A DNA stretch of 64,000 nt from Eledone cirrhosa. Taxonomy: Eukaryota. The stretch lies in NCBI GenBank assembly GCA_964016885.1, contig OZ024742.1, forward strand, positions 368,094,001 through 368,158,000, in the 5' to 3' direction. Positions 1 through 14,200 of the stretch are shown piece after piece. How positions within the stretch are numbered: position 1 is the stretch's first letter; every line of letters begins with the position of its first letter. The position numbers and the translations under genes were made by a program. The notes under the pieces were generated by a model. It did not search any database and was not told the origin of the DNA. It saw only the letters and a list, made by a program, of their open reading frames with translations.

Positions 1-2449
1 AGTGGTTTACTATGTTGTGTCAGTGAGAGAGTGGTTTACTATGTTGTGTCAGTGAGTGGTTTACTATGTTGTGTCAGTGAGAGAGTGGTTTACTATGTTG
101 TGTCAGTGAGAGAGTGGTTTACTATGTTGTGTCAGTGAGTGGTTTACTATGTTGTGTCAGTGAGAGGGTGGTTTACTATGTTGTGTCAGTGAGAGAGTGG
201 TTTACTATGTTGTGTCAGTGAGTGGTTTACTATGTTGTGTCAGTGAGAGAGTGGTTTACTATGTTGTGTCTGTGAGAGGGTGGTTTACTATGTTGTGTCA
301 GTGAGTGGTTTATTATGTTGTGTCAGTGAGTGGTTTACTATGTTGTGTCGGTGAGAGAGTGGTTTACCATGTTGTGTCAGTGAGTGGTTTACTATGTTGT
401 GTCAGTGAGTGGTTTACTATGTTGTGTCAGTGAGTGGTTTACTATGTTGTGTCAGTGAGAGAGTGGTTTACTATGTTGTGTCAGTGAGAGTGGTTTACTA
501 TGTTGTGTCAGTGAGTGGTTTACTATGTTGTGTCAGTGAGTGGTTTACTATGTTGTGTCAGTGAGAGAGTGGTTTACTATGTTGTGTCAGTGAGAGAGTG
601 GTTTACTATGTTGTGTCAGTGAGAGAGTGGTTTACTATGTTGTGTCAGTGAGTGGTTTACTATGTTGTGTCAGTGAGTGGTTTACTATGTTGTGTCAGTG
701 AGTGGTTTACTATGTTGTGTCAGTGAGTGGTTTACTATGTTGTGTCAGTGAGAGAGTGGTTTACTATGTTGTGTCAGTGAGTGGTTTACTATGATGTGTC
801 TGTGAGAGACTGGTTTACTATGTTGTGTCAGTGAGTGGTTTACTATGTTGTGTCAGTGAGAGAGTGGTTTACTATGTTGTGTCAGTGAGTGGTTTACTAT
901 GTTGTGTCTGTGAGAGAGAGGTTTACTATGTTGTGTCTGTGAGTGGTTTACTATGTTGTGTCAGTGAGAGAGTGGTTTACTATGTTGTGTCAGTGAGTGG
1001 TTTACTATGTTGTGTCAGTGAGAGAGTGGTTTACTATGTTGTGTCAGTGAGTAGTTTACTATGTTGTGTCTGTGAGAGAGTGGTTTACTATGTTGTGTCT
1101 GTGAGTGGTTTACTATGTTGTGTCAGTGAGAGAGTGGTTTACTATGTTGTGTCAGTGAGTGGTTTACTATGTTGTGTCAGTGTGAGAGTGGTTTACTATG
1201 TTGTGTCAGTGAGTGGTTTACTATGTTTTGTCAGTGAGAGGGTGGTTTACTATGTTGTGTCTGTGAGAGAGTGGTTTACTATGTTGTGTCTGTGAGAGAG
1301 TGGTTTACAATGTTGTGTCTGTGAGTGGTTTACTATGTTCTGTCAGTGAGGGAGTGGTTAACTATGTTGTGTCAGTGAGAGAGTGGTTTACTATGTTGTG
1401 TCAGTGAGAGAGTGGTTTACTATGTTGTGTCTGTGAGTGGTTTACTATGTTGTGTCAGTAAGAGAGTGGTTTACTATGTTGTGTCAGTGAGTGGTTTACT
1501 ATGTTGTGTCAGTGAGTGGTTTACTATGTTGTGTCAGTGAGAGAGTGGTTTACTATGTTGTGTCAGTGAGAGAGTGGTTTACTATGTTGTGTCAATGAGT
1601 GGTTTACTATGTTGTGTCTGTGAGAGAGTGGTTTACTATGTTGTGTCTGTGAGAGAGTGGTTTACTATGTTGTGTCAGTGAGTGGTTTACTATGTTGTGT
1701 CAGTGAGAGAGTGGTTTACTATGTTGTCTCAGTGAGAGAGTGGTTTACTATGTTGTGTCAGTGAGGGAGTGGTTTACTATGTTGTGTCTGTGAGTGGTTT
1801 ACTATGTTGTGTCAGTGAGTGGTTTACTATGTTGTGTCAGTGACAGAGTGGTTTACTATGTTGTGTCAGTGAGTGGTTTACTATGTTGTGTCAGTGAGTG
1901 GTTTACTATGTTGTGTCAGTGAGTGGTTTACTATGTTGTGTCAGTGACAGAGTGGTTTACTATGTTGTGTCAGTGAGTGGTTTACTATGTTGTGTCAGTG
2001 AGTGGTTTACTATGTTGTGTCAGTGAGAGAGTGGTTTACTATGTTGTGTCAGTGAGAGAGTGGTTTACTATGTTGTGTCAGTGAGTGGTTTACTATGTTG
2101 TGTCAGTGAGTGGTTTACTATGTTGTGTCAGTGAGTGGTTTACTATGTTGAGTCAGTGAGTGGTTTACTATGTTGTGTCAGTGAGAGAGTGGTTTACTAT
2201 GTTGTGTCAGTGAGTGGTTTACTATGTTGTGTCAGTGAGTGGTTTACTATGTTGTGTCAGTGAGTGGTTTACTATGTTGTGTCAGTGAGTGGTTTACTAT
2301 GTTGTGTCAGTGAGTGGTTTACTATGTTGTGTCAGTGAGAGAGTGGTTTACTATGTTGTGTCAGTGAGTGGTTTACTATGTTGTGTCTGTGAGAGACTGG
2401 TTTACTATGTTGTGTCAGTGAGTGGTTTACTATGTTGTGTCAGTGAGAG

Positions 2450-5400
2450 AGTGGTTTACTATGTTGTGTCAGTGAGTGGTTTACTATGTTGTGTCTGTGA
2501 GAGAGAGGTTTACTATGTTGTGTCTGTGAGTGGTTTACTATGTTGTGTCAGTGAGAGAGTGGTTTACTATGTTGTGTCAGTGAGTGGTTTACTATGTTGT
2601 GTCAGTGAGAGAGTGGTTTACTATGTTGTGTCAGTGAGTGGTTTACTATGTTGTGTCTGTGAGAGAGTGGTTTACTATGTTGTGTCTGTGAGTGGTTTAC
2701 TATGTTGTGTCAGTGAGAGAGTGGTTTACTATGTTGTGTCAGTGAGTGGTTTACTATGTTGTGTCAGTGTGAGAGTGGTTTACTATGTTGTGTCAGTGAG
2801 TGGTTTACTATGTTGTGTCAGTGAGAGGGTGGTTTACTATGTTGTGTCTGTGAGAGAGTGGTTTACTATGTTGTGTCTGTGAGAGAGTGGTTTACTATGT
2901 TGTGTCTGTGAGTGGTTTACTATGTTCTGTCAGTGAGAGAGTGGTTTACTATGTTCTGTCAGTGAGAGAGTGGTTTACTATGTTCTGTCAGTGAGAGAGT
3001 GGTTTACTATGTTGTGTCAGTGAGAGAGTGGTTTACTATGTTGTGTCTGTGAGTGGTTTACTACGTTGTGTCAGTGAGAGAGTGGTTTACTATGTTGTGT
3101 CTGTCAGTGGTTTACTATGTTCTGTCAGTGAGTGGTTTAATATGTTGTGTCAGTGAGAGAGTGGTTTACTATGTTGTGTCTGAGAGTGGTTTACTATGTT
3201 GTGTCAGTGAGTGGTTTAATATGTTGTGTCAGTGAGAGAGTGGTTTACTATGTTGTGTCAGTGAGAGGGTGGTTTACTATGTTGTGTCAATGAGTGGTTT
3301 ACTATGTTGTGTCAGTGAGAGAGTGGTTTACTATGTTGTGTCAGTGAGTGGTTTACTATGTTGTGTCATTGAGAGAGTGGTTTACTATGTTGTGTCAGTG
3401 AGTGGTTTACTATGTTGTGTCTGTGAGAGAGTGGTTTACTATGTTGTGTCTGTGAGAGAGTGGTTTACTATGTTGTGTCAGTGAGTGGTTTACTATGTTG
3501 TGTCAGTGAGAGAGTGGTTTACTATGTTGTGTCAGTGAGTGGTTTACTATGTTGTGTCTGTGAGAGAGTGGTTTACTATGTTGTGTCTGTGAGTGGTTTA
3601 CTATGTTGTGTCAGTGAGAGAGTGGTTTACTATGTTGTGTCAATGAGTGGTTTACTATGTTGTGTCTGTGAGAGAGTGGTTTACTATGTTGTGTCAGTGA
3701 GTGGTTTACTATGTTGTGTCAGTGAGAGAGTGGTTTACTATGTTGTGTCAGTGAGTGGTTTACTATGTTGTGTCAGTGAGAGAGTGGTTTACTATGTTGT
3801 GTCAGTGAGAGAGTGGTTAACTATGTTGTGTCAGTGAGTGGTTTACTATGTTGTGTCAGTGACAGAGTGGTTTACTATGTTGTGTCAGTGAGTGGTTTAC
3901 TATGTTGTGTCAGTGAGTGGTTTACTATGTTGTGTCAGTGAGTGGTTTACTATGTTGTGTCAGTGAGTGGTTTACTATGTTGTGTCAGTGAGAGAGTGGT
4001 TTACTATGTTGTGTCAGTGAGTGGTTTACTATGTTGTGTCAGTGAGAGAGTGGTTTACTATGTTGTGTCAGTGAGAGAGTGGTTTACTATGTTGTGTCAG
4101 TGAGTGGTTTACTATGTTGTGTCAGTGAGTGGTTTACTATGTTGTGTCAGTGAGTGGTTTACTATGTTGAGTCAGTGAGTGGTTTACTATGTTGGTTCAG
4201 TGAGGGAGTGGTTTACTATGTTGTGTCAGTGAGTGGTTTACTATGTTGTGTCAGTGAGTGGTTTACTATGTTGTGTCAGTGAGAGGGTGGTTTACTATGT
4301 TGTGTCAGTGAGAGAGTGGTTTACTATGTTGTGTCAGCGAGTGGTTTACTATGTTGTGTCAGTGAGAGGGTGGTTTACTATGTTGTGTCAGTGAGTGGTT
4401 TACTATGTTGTGTGAGTGAGTGGTTTACTATGTTGTGTCAGTGAGAGAGTGGTTTACTATGTTGTGTCTGTGAGAGGGTGGTTTACTATGTTGTGTCAGT
4501 GAATGGTTTACTATGTTGTGTCAGTGAGTGGTTTACTATATTGTGTCAGTGAGAGAGTGGTTTACTATGTTGTGTCAGTGAGTGGTTTACTATGTTGTGT
4601 CAGTGAGTGGTTTACTATGTTGTGTCAGGGAGAGAGTGGTTTACTATGTTGTGTCAGTGAGAGAGTGGTTTACTATGTTGTGTCAGTGAGAGAGTGGTTT
4701 ACTATGTTGTGTCAGTGAGTGGTTTACTATGTTGTGTCTGTGAGAGACTGGTTTACTATGTTGTGTCAGTGAGTGGTTTACTATGTTGTGTCAGTGAGAG
4801 AGTGGTTTACTATGTTGTGTCAGTGAGTGGTTTACTATGTTGTGTCTGTGAGAGAGTGGTTTACTATGTTGTGTCTGTGAGTGGTTTACTATGTTGTGTC
4901 AGTGAGAGAGTGGTTTACTATGTTGTGTCAGTGAGTGGCAGTGAGTGGTTTACTATGTTGTGTCAGTGAGAGAGTGGTTTACTATGTTGTGTCAGTGAGT
5001 GGTTTACTATGTTGTGTCTGTGAAAGAGTGGTTTACTATGTTGTGTCTGTGAGTGGTTTACTATGTTGTGTCAGTGAGAGAGTGGTTTACTATGTTGTGT
5101 CAGTGAGTGGTTTACTATGTTGTGTCAGTGTGAGAGTGGTTTACTATGTTGTGTCAGTGAGTGGTTTACTATGTTGTGTCAGTGAGAGAGTGGTTTACTA
5201 TGTTGTGTCTGTGAGAGAGTGGTTTACTATGTTGTGTCAGTGAGTGGTTTACTATGTTGTGTCAGTGAGAGAGTGGTTCACTATGTTGTGTCAATGAGTG
5301 GTTTACTATGTTGTGTCTGTGAGAGAGTGGTTTACTATGTTGTGTCTGTGAGAGAGTGGTTTACTATGTTGTGTCAGTGAGTGGTTTACTATGTTGTGTC

Positions 5401-8400
5401 AGTGAGAGAGTGGTTTACTATGTTGTGTCAGTGAGAGAGTGGTTTACTATGTTGTGTCAGTGAGAGAGTGGTTTACTATGTTGTGTCTGTGAGTGGTTTA
5501 CTATGTTGTGTCAGTGAGTGGTTTACTATGTTGTGTCAGTGACAGAGTGGTTTACTATGTTGTGTCAGTGAGTGGTTTACTATGTTGTGTCAGTGAGTGG
5601 TTTACTATGTTGTGTCAGTGAGTGGTTTACTATCTTGTGTCAGTGACAGAGTGGTTTACTATGTTGTGTCAGTGAGTGGTTTACTATGTTGTGTCAGTGA
5701 GTGGTTTACTATGTTGTGTCAGTGAGAGAGTGGTTTACTATGTTGTGTCAGTGAGTGGTTTACTATGTTGTGTCTGTGAGAGAGAGGTTTACTATGTTGT
5801 GTCTGTGAGTGGTTTACTATGTTGTGTCAGTGAGAGAGTGGTTTACGATGTTGTGTCAGTGAGTGGTTTACTATGTTGTGTCAGTGAGAGAGTGGTTTAC
5901 TATGTTGTGTCAGTGAGTGGTTTACTATGTTGTGTCTGTGAGAGAGTGGTTTACTATGTTGTGTCTGTGAGTGGTTTACTATGTTGTGTCAGTCAGAGAG
6001 TGGTTTACTATGTTGTGTCAGTGAGTGGTTTACTATGTTGTGTCAGTGAGAGAGTGGTTTACTATGTTGTGTCAGTGAGTGGTTTACTATGTTGTGTCAG
6101 TGTGAGAGTGGTTTACTATGTTGTGTCAGTGAGTGGTTTACTATGTTGTGTCAGTGAGAGGGTGGTTTACTATGTTGTGTCTGTGAGAGAGTGGTTTACT
6201 ATGTTGTGTCTGTGAGAGAGTGGTTTACTATGTTGTGTCTGTGAGTGGTTTACTATGTTCTGTCAGTGAGAGAGTGGTTTACTATGTTCTGTCAGTGAGA
6301 GAGTGGTTTACTATGTTCTGTCAGTGAGAGAGTGGTTTACTATGTTGTGTCAGTGAGAGAGTGGTTTACTATGTTGTGTCTGTGAGTGGTTTACTACGTT
6401 GTGTCAGTGAGAGAGTGGTTTACTATGTTGTGTCTGTCAGTGGTTTACTATGTTCTGTCAGTGAGTGGTTTAATATGTTGTGTCAGTGAGAGAGTGGTTT
6501 ACTATGTTGTGTCTGAGAGTGGTTTACTATGTTGTGTCAGTGAGTGGTTTAATATGTTGTGTCAGTGAGAGAGTGGTTTACTATGTTGTGTCAGTGAGAG
6601 GGTGGTTTACTATGTTGTGTCAATGAGTGGTTTACTATGTTGTGTCAGTGAGAGAGTGGTTTACTATGTTGTGTCAGTGAGTGGTTTACTATGTTGTGTC
6701 ATTGAGAGAGTGGTTTACTATGGTGTGTCAGTGAGTGGTTTACTATGTTGTGTCTGTGAGAGAGTGGTTTACTATGTTGTGTCTGTGAGAGAGTGGTTTA
6801 CTATGTTGTGTCAGTGAGTGGTTTACTATGTTGTGTCAGTGAGAGAGTGGTTTACTATGTTGTGTCAGTGAGTGGTTTACTATGTTGTGTCTGTGAGAGA
6901 GTGGTTTACTATGTTGTGTCTGTGAGAGAGTGGTTTACTATGTTGTGTCAGTGAGTGGTTTACTATGTTGTGTCAGTGAGAGAGTGGTTTACTATGTTGT
7001 GTCAATGAGTGGTTTACTATGTTGTGTCTGTGAGAGAGTGGTTTACTATGTTGTGTCAGTGAGTGGTTTACTATGTTGTGTCAGTGAGAGAGTGGTTTAC
7101 TATGTTGTGTCAGTGAGTGGTTTACTATGTTGTGTCAGTGAGAGAGTGGTTTACTATGTTGTGTCAGTGAGAGAGTGGTTAACTATGTTGTGTCAGTGAG
7201 TGGTTTACTATGTTGTGTCAGTGACAGAGTGGTTTACTATGTTGTGTCAGTGAGTGGTTTACTATGTTGTGTCAGTGAGTGGTTTACTATGTTGTGTCAG
7301 TGAGTGGTTTACTATGTTGTGTCAGTGAGTGGTTTACTATGTTGTGTCAGTGAGAGAGTGGTTTACTATGTTGTGTCAGTGAGTGGTTTACTATGTTGTG
7401 TCAGTGAGAGAGTGGTTTACTATGTTGTGTCAGTGAGAGAGTGGTTTACTATGTTGTGTCAGTGAGTGGTTTACTATGTTGTGTCAGTGAGTGGTTTACT
7501 ATGTTGTGTCAGTGAGTGGTTTACTATGTTGAGTCAGTGAGTGGTTTACTATGTTGGTTCAGTGAGAGAGTGGTTTACTATGTTGTGTCAGTGAGTGGTT
7601 TACTATGTTGTGTCAGTGAGTGGTTTACTATGTTGTGTCAGTGAGAGGGTGGTTTACTATGTTGTGTCAGTGAGAGAGTGGTTTACTATGTTGTGTCAGC
7701 GAGTGGTTTACTATGTTGTGTCAGTGAGAGGGTGGTTTACTATGTTGTGTCAGTGAGTGGTTTACTATGTTGTGTGAGTGAGTGGTTTACTATGTTGTGT
7801 CAGTGAGAGAGTGGTTTACTATGTTGTGTCTGTGAGAGGGTGGTTTACTATGTTGTGTCAGTGAGTGGTTTACTATGTTGTGTCAGTGAGTGGTTTACTA
7901 TATTGTGTCAGTGAGAGAGTGGTTTACTATGTTGTGTCAGTGAGTGGTTTACTATGTTGTGTCAGTGAGTGGTTTACTATGTTGTGTCAGTGAGAGAGTG
8001 GTTTACTATGTTGTGTCAGTGAGAGAGTGGTTTACTATGTTGTGTCAGTGAGAGAGTGGTTTACTATGTTGTGTCAGTGAGTAGTTTACTATGTTGTGTC
8101 TGTGAGAGACTGGTTTACTATGTTGTGTCAGTGAGTGGTTTACTATGTTGTGTCAGTGAGAGAGTGGTTTACTATGTTGTGTCAGTGAGTGGTTTACTAT
8201 GTTGTGTCTGTGAGAGAGTGGTTTACTATGTTGTGTCTGTGAGTGGTTTACTATGTTGTGTCAGTGAGAGAGTGGTTTACTATGTTGTGTCAGTGAGTGG
8301 CAGTGAGTGGTTTACTATGTTGTGTCAGTGAGAGAGTGGTTTACTATGTTGTGTCAGTGAGTGGTTTACTATGTTGTGTCAGTGTGAGAGTGGTTTACTA

Positions 8401-9000
8401 TGTTGTGTCAGTGAGTGGTTTACTATGTTGTGTCAGTGAGAGAGTGGTTTACTATGTTGTGTCTGTGAGAGAGTGGTTTACTATGTTGTGTCAGTGAGTG
8501 GTTTACTATGTTGTGTCAGTGAGAGAGTGGTTTACTATGTTGTGTCAATGAGTGGTTTACTATGTTGTGTCTGTGAGAGAGTGGTTTACTATGTTGTGTC
8601 TGTGAGAGAGTGGTTTACTATGTTGTGTCAGTGAGTGGTTTACTATGTTGTGTCAGTGAGAGAGTGGTTTACTATGTTGTGTCAGTGAGAGAGTGGTTTA
8701 CTATGTTGTGTCAGTGAGAGAGTGGTTTACTATGTTGTGTCTGTGAGTGGTTTACTATGTTGTGTCAGTGAGTGGTTTACTATGTTGTGTCAGTGACAGA
8801 GTGGTTTACTATGTTGTGTCAGTGAGTGGTTTACTATGTTGTGTCAATGAGTGGTTTACTATGTTGTGTCAGTGAGTGGTTTACTATCTTGTGTCAGTGA
8901 CAGAGTGGTTTACTATGTTGTGTCAGTGAGTGGTTTACTATGTTGTGTCAGTGAGTGGTTTACTATGTTGTGTCAGTGAGAGAGTGGTTTACTATGTTGT
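2450..9000 (+). repeat. Imperfect tandem duplication with period about 3.3 kb (offsets 3333, 3362, 3254)
   Basis: Rare variants are shared at matching offsets: CATTGAG 3369/6702 (3333), GTTGGTTCAG 4191/7553 and CAGCGA 4338/7700 (3362), 10-bp monomer 4935/8297 (3362), TATCTT 5634/8888 (3254). The offsets differ by whole monomers (+29, -108). Boundaries are approximate. Confidence 0.88.
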
Positions 9001-11264
9001 GTCAGTGAGAGAGTGGTTTACTATGTTGTGTCAGTGAGTGGTTTACTATGTTGTGTCAGTGAGTGGTTTACTATGTTGTGTCAGTGAGTGGTTTACTATG
9101 TTGAGTCAGTGAGTGGTTTACTATGTTGTGTCAGTGAGAGTGTGGTTTACTATGTTGTGTCAGTGAGTGGTTTACTATGTTGTGTCAGTGAGTGGTTTAC
9201 TATGTTGTGTCAGTGAGTGGTTTACTATGTTGTGTCAGTGAGAGAGTGGTTTACTATGTTGTGTCAGTGAGTGGTTTACTATGTTGTGTCAGTGAGAGGG
9301 TGGTTTACTATGTTGTGTCTGTGAGAGAGTGGTTTACTATGTTGTGTCTGTGAGAGAGTGGTTTACTATGTTGTGTCTGTGAGTGGTTTACTATGTTCTG
9401 TCAGTGAGAGAGTGGTTTACTATGTTCTGTCAGTGAGAGAGTGGTTTACTATGTTCTGTCAGTGAGAGAGTGGTTTACTATGTTGTGTCAGTGAGAGAGT
9501 GGTTTACTATGTTGTGTCTGTGAGTGGTTTACTACGTTGTGTCAGTGAGAGAGTGGTTTACTATGTTGTGTCTGTCAGTGGTTTACTATGTTCTGTCAGT
9601 GAGTGGTTTAATATGTTGTGTCAGTGAGAGAGTGGTTTACTATGTTGTGTCTGAGAGTGGTTTACTATGTTGTGTCAGTGAGTGGTTTAATATGTTGTGT
9701 CAGTGAGAGAGTGGTTTACTATGTTGTGTCAGTGAGAGGGTGGTTTACTATGTTGTGTCAATGAGTGGTTTACTATGTTGTGTCAGTGAGAGAGTGGTTT
9801 ACTATGTTGTGTCAGTGAGTTGTTTATTATGTTGTGTCAGTGAGAGAGTGGTTTACTATGTTGTGTCAGTGAGTGGTTTACTATGTTGTGTCTGTGAGAG
9901 AGTGGTTTACTATGTTGTGTCTGTGAGAGAGTGGTTTACTATGTTGTTTCAGTGAGAGAGTGGTTTACTATGTTGTGTCAGTGAGTGGTTTACTATGTTG
10001 TGTCAGTGAGAGAGTGGTTTACTATGTTGTGTCTGTGAGAGAGTGGTTTACTATGTTGTGTCAGTGAGTGGTTTACTATGTTGTGTCAGTGAGAGAGTGG
10101 TTTACTATGTTGTGTCAGTGAGAGAGTGGTTTACTATGTTGTGTCAGTGAGTGGTTTACTATGTTGTGTCAGTGAGAGGGTGGTTTACTATGTTGTGTCA
10201 GTGAGAGAGTGGTTTACTATGTTTGGTCAGTGAGTGGTTTACTATGTTGTGTCAGTGAGAGGGTGGTTTACTATGTTGTGTCAGTGAGTGGTTTACTATG
10301 TTGTGTGAGTGAGTGGTTTACTATGTTGTTTCAGTGAGAGAGTGGCTTACTATGTTGTGTCTGTGAGAGGGTGGTTCACTATGTTGTGTCAGTGAGTGGT
10401 TTACTATGTTGTGTCAGTGAGTGGTTTACTATATTGTGTCAGTGAGAGACTGGTTTACTATGTTGTGTCAGTGAGTGGTTTACTATGTTGTGTCAGTGAG
10501 TGGTTTACTATGTTGTGTCAGTGAGAGAGTGGTTTACTATGTTGTGTCAGTGAGAGAGTGGTTTACTATGTTGTGTCAGTGAGAGAGTGGTTTACTATGT
10601 TGTGTCAGTGAGTGGTTTACTATGTTGTGTCTGTGAGAGACTGGTTTACTATGTTGTGTCAGTGAGTGGTTTACTATGTTGTGTCAGTGAGAGAGTGGTT
10701 TACTATGTTGTGTCAGTGAGTGGTTTACTATGTTGTGTCTGTGAAAGAGTGGTTTACTCTGTTGTGTCTGTGAGTGGTTTACTATGTTGTGTCAGTGAGA
10801 GAGTGGTTTACTATGTTGTGTCAGTGAGTGGTTTACTATGTTGTGTCAGTGTGAGAGTGGTTTACTATGTTGTGTCAGTGAGTGGTTTACTATGTTGTGT
10901 CAGTGAGAGAGTGGTTTACTATGTTGTGTCTGTGAGAGAGTGGTTTACTATGTTGTGTCAGTGAGTGGTTTACTATGTTGTGTCAGTGAGAGAGTGGTTT
11001 ACTATGTTGTGTCAATGAGTGGTTTACTATGTTGTGTCTGTGAGAGAGTGGTTTACTATGTTGTGTCTGTGAGAGAGTGGTTTACTATGTTGTGTCAGTG
11101 AGTGGTTTACTATGTTGTGTCAGTGTGAGAGTGGTTTACTATGTTGTGTCAGTGAGAGAGTGGTTTACTATGTTGTGTCAGTGAGAGAGTGGTTTACTAT
11201 GTTGTGTCTGTGAGTGGTTTACTATGTTGTGTCAGTGAGTGGTTTACTATGTTGTGTCAGTGAC

Positions 11265-14200
11265 AGAGTGGTTTACTATGTTGTGTCAGTGAGTGGTTTA
11301 CTATGTTGTGTCAGTGAGTGGTTTACTATGTTGTGTCAGTGAGTGGTTTACTATGTTGTGTCAGTGACAGAGTGGTTTACTATGTTGTGTCAGTGAGTGG
11401 TTTACTATGTTGTGTCAGTGAGTGGTTTACTATGTTGTGTCAGTGAGAGAGTGGTTTACTATGTTGTGTCAGTGAGAGAGTGGTTTACTATGTTGTGTCA
11501 GTGAGTGGTTTACTATGTTGTGTCAGTGAGTGGTTTACTATGTTGTGTCAGTGAGTGGTTTACTATGTTGAGTCAGTGAGTGGTTTACTATGTTGTGTCA
11601 GTGAGAGAGTGGTTTACTATGTTGTGTCAGTGAGTGGTTTACTATGTTGTGTCAGTGAGTGGTTTACTATGTTGTGTCAGTGAGTGGTTTACTATGTTGT
11701 GTCAGTGAGTGGTTTACTATGTTGTGTCAGTGAGTGGTTTACTATGTTGTGTCAGTGAGTGGTTTACTATGTTGTGTCTGTGAGAGAGAGGTTTACTATG
11801 TTGTGTCTGTGAGTGGTTTACTATGTTGTGTCAGTGAGAGAGTGGTTTACTATGTTGTGTCAGTGAGTGGTTTACTATGTTGTGTCAGTGAGAGAGTGGT
11901 TTACTATGTTGTGTCAGTGAGTGGTTTACTATGTTGTGTCAGTGAGAGGGTGGTTTACTATGTTGTGTCTGTGAGAGAGTGGTTTACTATGTTGTGTCTG
12001 TGAGTGGTGTACTATGTTCTGTCAGTGAGAGAGTGGTTTACTATGTTCTGTCAGTGAGAGAGTGGTTTACTATGTTCTGTCAGTGAGAGAGTGGTTTACT
12101 ATGCTGTGTCAGTGAGAGAGTGGTTTACTATGTTGTGTCTGTGAGTGGTTTACTACGTTGTGTCAGTGAGAGAGTGGTTTACTATGTTGTGTCTGTCAGT
12201 GGTTTACTATGTTCTGTCAGTGAGTGGTTTAATATGTTGTGTCAGTGAGAGAGTGGTTTACTATGTTGTGTCTGAGAGTGGTTTACTATGTTGTGTCTGT
12301 GAGTGGTTTACTACGTTGTGTCAGTGAGAGAGTGTTTTACTATGTTGTGTCTGTCAGTGGTTTACTATGTTCTGTCAGTGAGTGGTTTAATATGTTGTGT
12401 CAGTGAGAGAGTGGTTTACTATGTTGTGTCTGAGAGTGGTTTACTATGTTGTGTCAGTGAGTGGTTTAATATGTTGTGTCAGTGAGAGAGTGGTTTACTA
12501 TGTTGTGTCAGTGAGAGGGTGGTTTACTATGTTGTGTCAATGAGTGGTTTACTATGTTGTGTCAGTGAGAGAGTGGTTTACTATGTTGTGTCAGTGAGTT
12601 GTTTATTATGTTGTGTCAGTGAGAGAGTGGTTTACTATGTTGTGTCAGTGAGTGGTTTACTATGTTGTGTCTGTGAGAGAGTGGTTTACTATGTTGTGTC
12701 TGTGAGAGAGTGGTTTACTATGTTGTTTCAGTGAGAGAGTGGTTTACTATGTTGTGTCAGTGAGTGGTTTACTATGTTGTGTCAGTGAGAGAGTGGTTTA
12801 CTATGTTGTGTCTGTGAGAGAGTGGTTTACTATGTTGTGTCAGTGAGTGGTTTACTATGTTGTGTCAGTGAGAGAGTGGTTTACTATGTTGTGTCAGTGA
12901 GAGAGTGGTTTACTATGTTGTGTCAGTGAGTGGTTTACTATGTTGTGTCAGTGAGAGGGTGGTTTACTATGTTGTGTCAGTGAGAGAGTGGTTTACTATG
13001 TTGTGTCAGTGAGTGGTTTACTATGTTGTGTCAGTGAGAGGGTGGTTTACTATGTTGTGTCAGTGAGTGGTTTACTATGTTGTGTGAGTGAGTGGTTTAC
13101 TATGTTGTGTCAGTGAGAGAGTGGTTTACTATGTTGTGTCTGTGAGAGGGTGGTTCACTATGTTGTGTCAGTGAGTGGTTTACTATGTTGTGTCAGTGAG
13201 TGGTTTACTATATTGTGTCAGTGAGAGTGTGGTTTACTATGTTGTGTCAGTGAGTGGTTTACTATGTTGTGTCAGTGAGTGGTTTACTATGTTGTGTCAG
13301 TGAGAGAGTGGTTTACTATGTTGTGTCAGTGAGAGAGTGGTTTACTATGTTGTGTCAGTGAGAGAGTGGTTTACTATGTTGTGTCAGTGAGTGGTTTACT
13401 ATGTTGTGTCTGTGAGAGACTGGTTTACTATGTTGTGTCAGTGAGTGGTTTACTATGTTGTGTCAGTGAGAGAGTGGTTTACTATGTTGTGTCAGTGAGT
13501 GGCAGTGAGTGGTTTACTATGTTGTGTCAGTGAGAGAGTGGTTTACTATGTTGTGTCAGTGAGTGGTTTACTATGTTGTGTCTGTGAAAGAGTGGTTTAA
13601 TATGTTGTGTCTGTGAGTGGTTTACTATGTTGTGTCAGTGAGAGAGTGGTTTACTATGTTGTGTCAGTGAGTGGTTTACTATGTTGTGTCAGTGAGTGGT
13701 TTACTATGTTGTGTCAGTGAGTGGTTTACTATGTTGTGTCAGTGACAGAGTGGTTTACTATGTTGTGTCAGTGAGTGGTTTACTATGTTGTGTCAGTGAG
13801 TGGTTTACTATGTTGTGTCAGTGAGAGAGTGGTTTACTATGTTGTGTCAGTGAGAGAGTGGTTTACTATGTTGTGTCAGTGAGTGGTTTACTATGTTGTG
13901 TCAGTGAGTGGTTTACTATGTTGTGTCAGTGAGTGGTTTACTATGTTGAGTCAGTGAGTGGTTTACTATGTTGTGTCAGTGAGAGAGTGGTTTACTATGT
14001 TGTGTCAGTGAGTGGTTTACTATGTTGTGTCAGTGAGTGGTTTACTATGTTGTGTCAGTGAGTGGTTTACTATGTTGTGTCAGTGAGTGGTTTACTATGT
14101 TGTGTCAGTGAGTGGTTTACTATGTTGTGTCAGTGAGTGGTTTACTATGTTGTGTCTGTGAGAGAGAGGTTTACTATGTTGTGTCTGTGAGTGGTTTACT

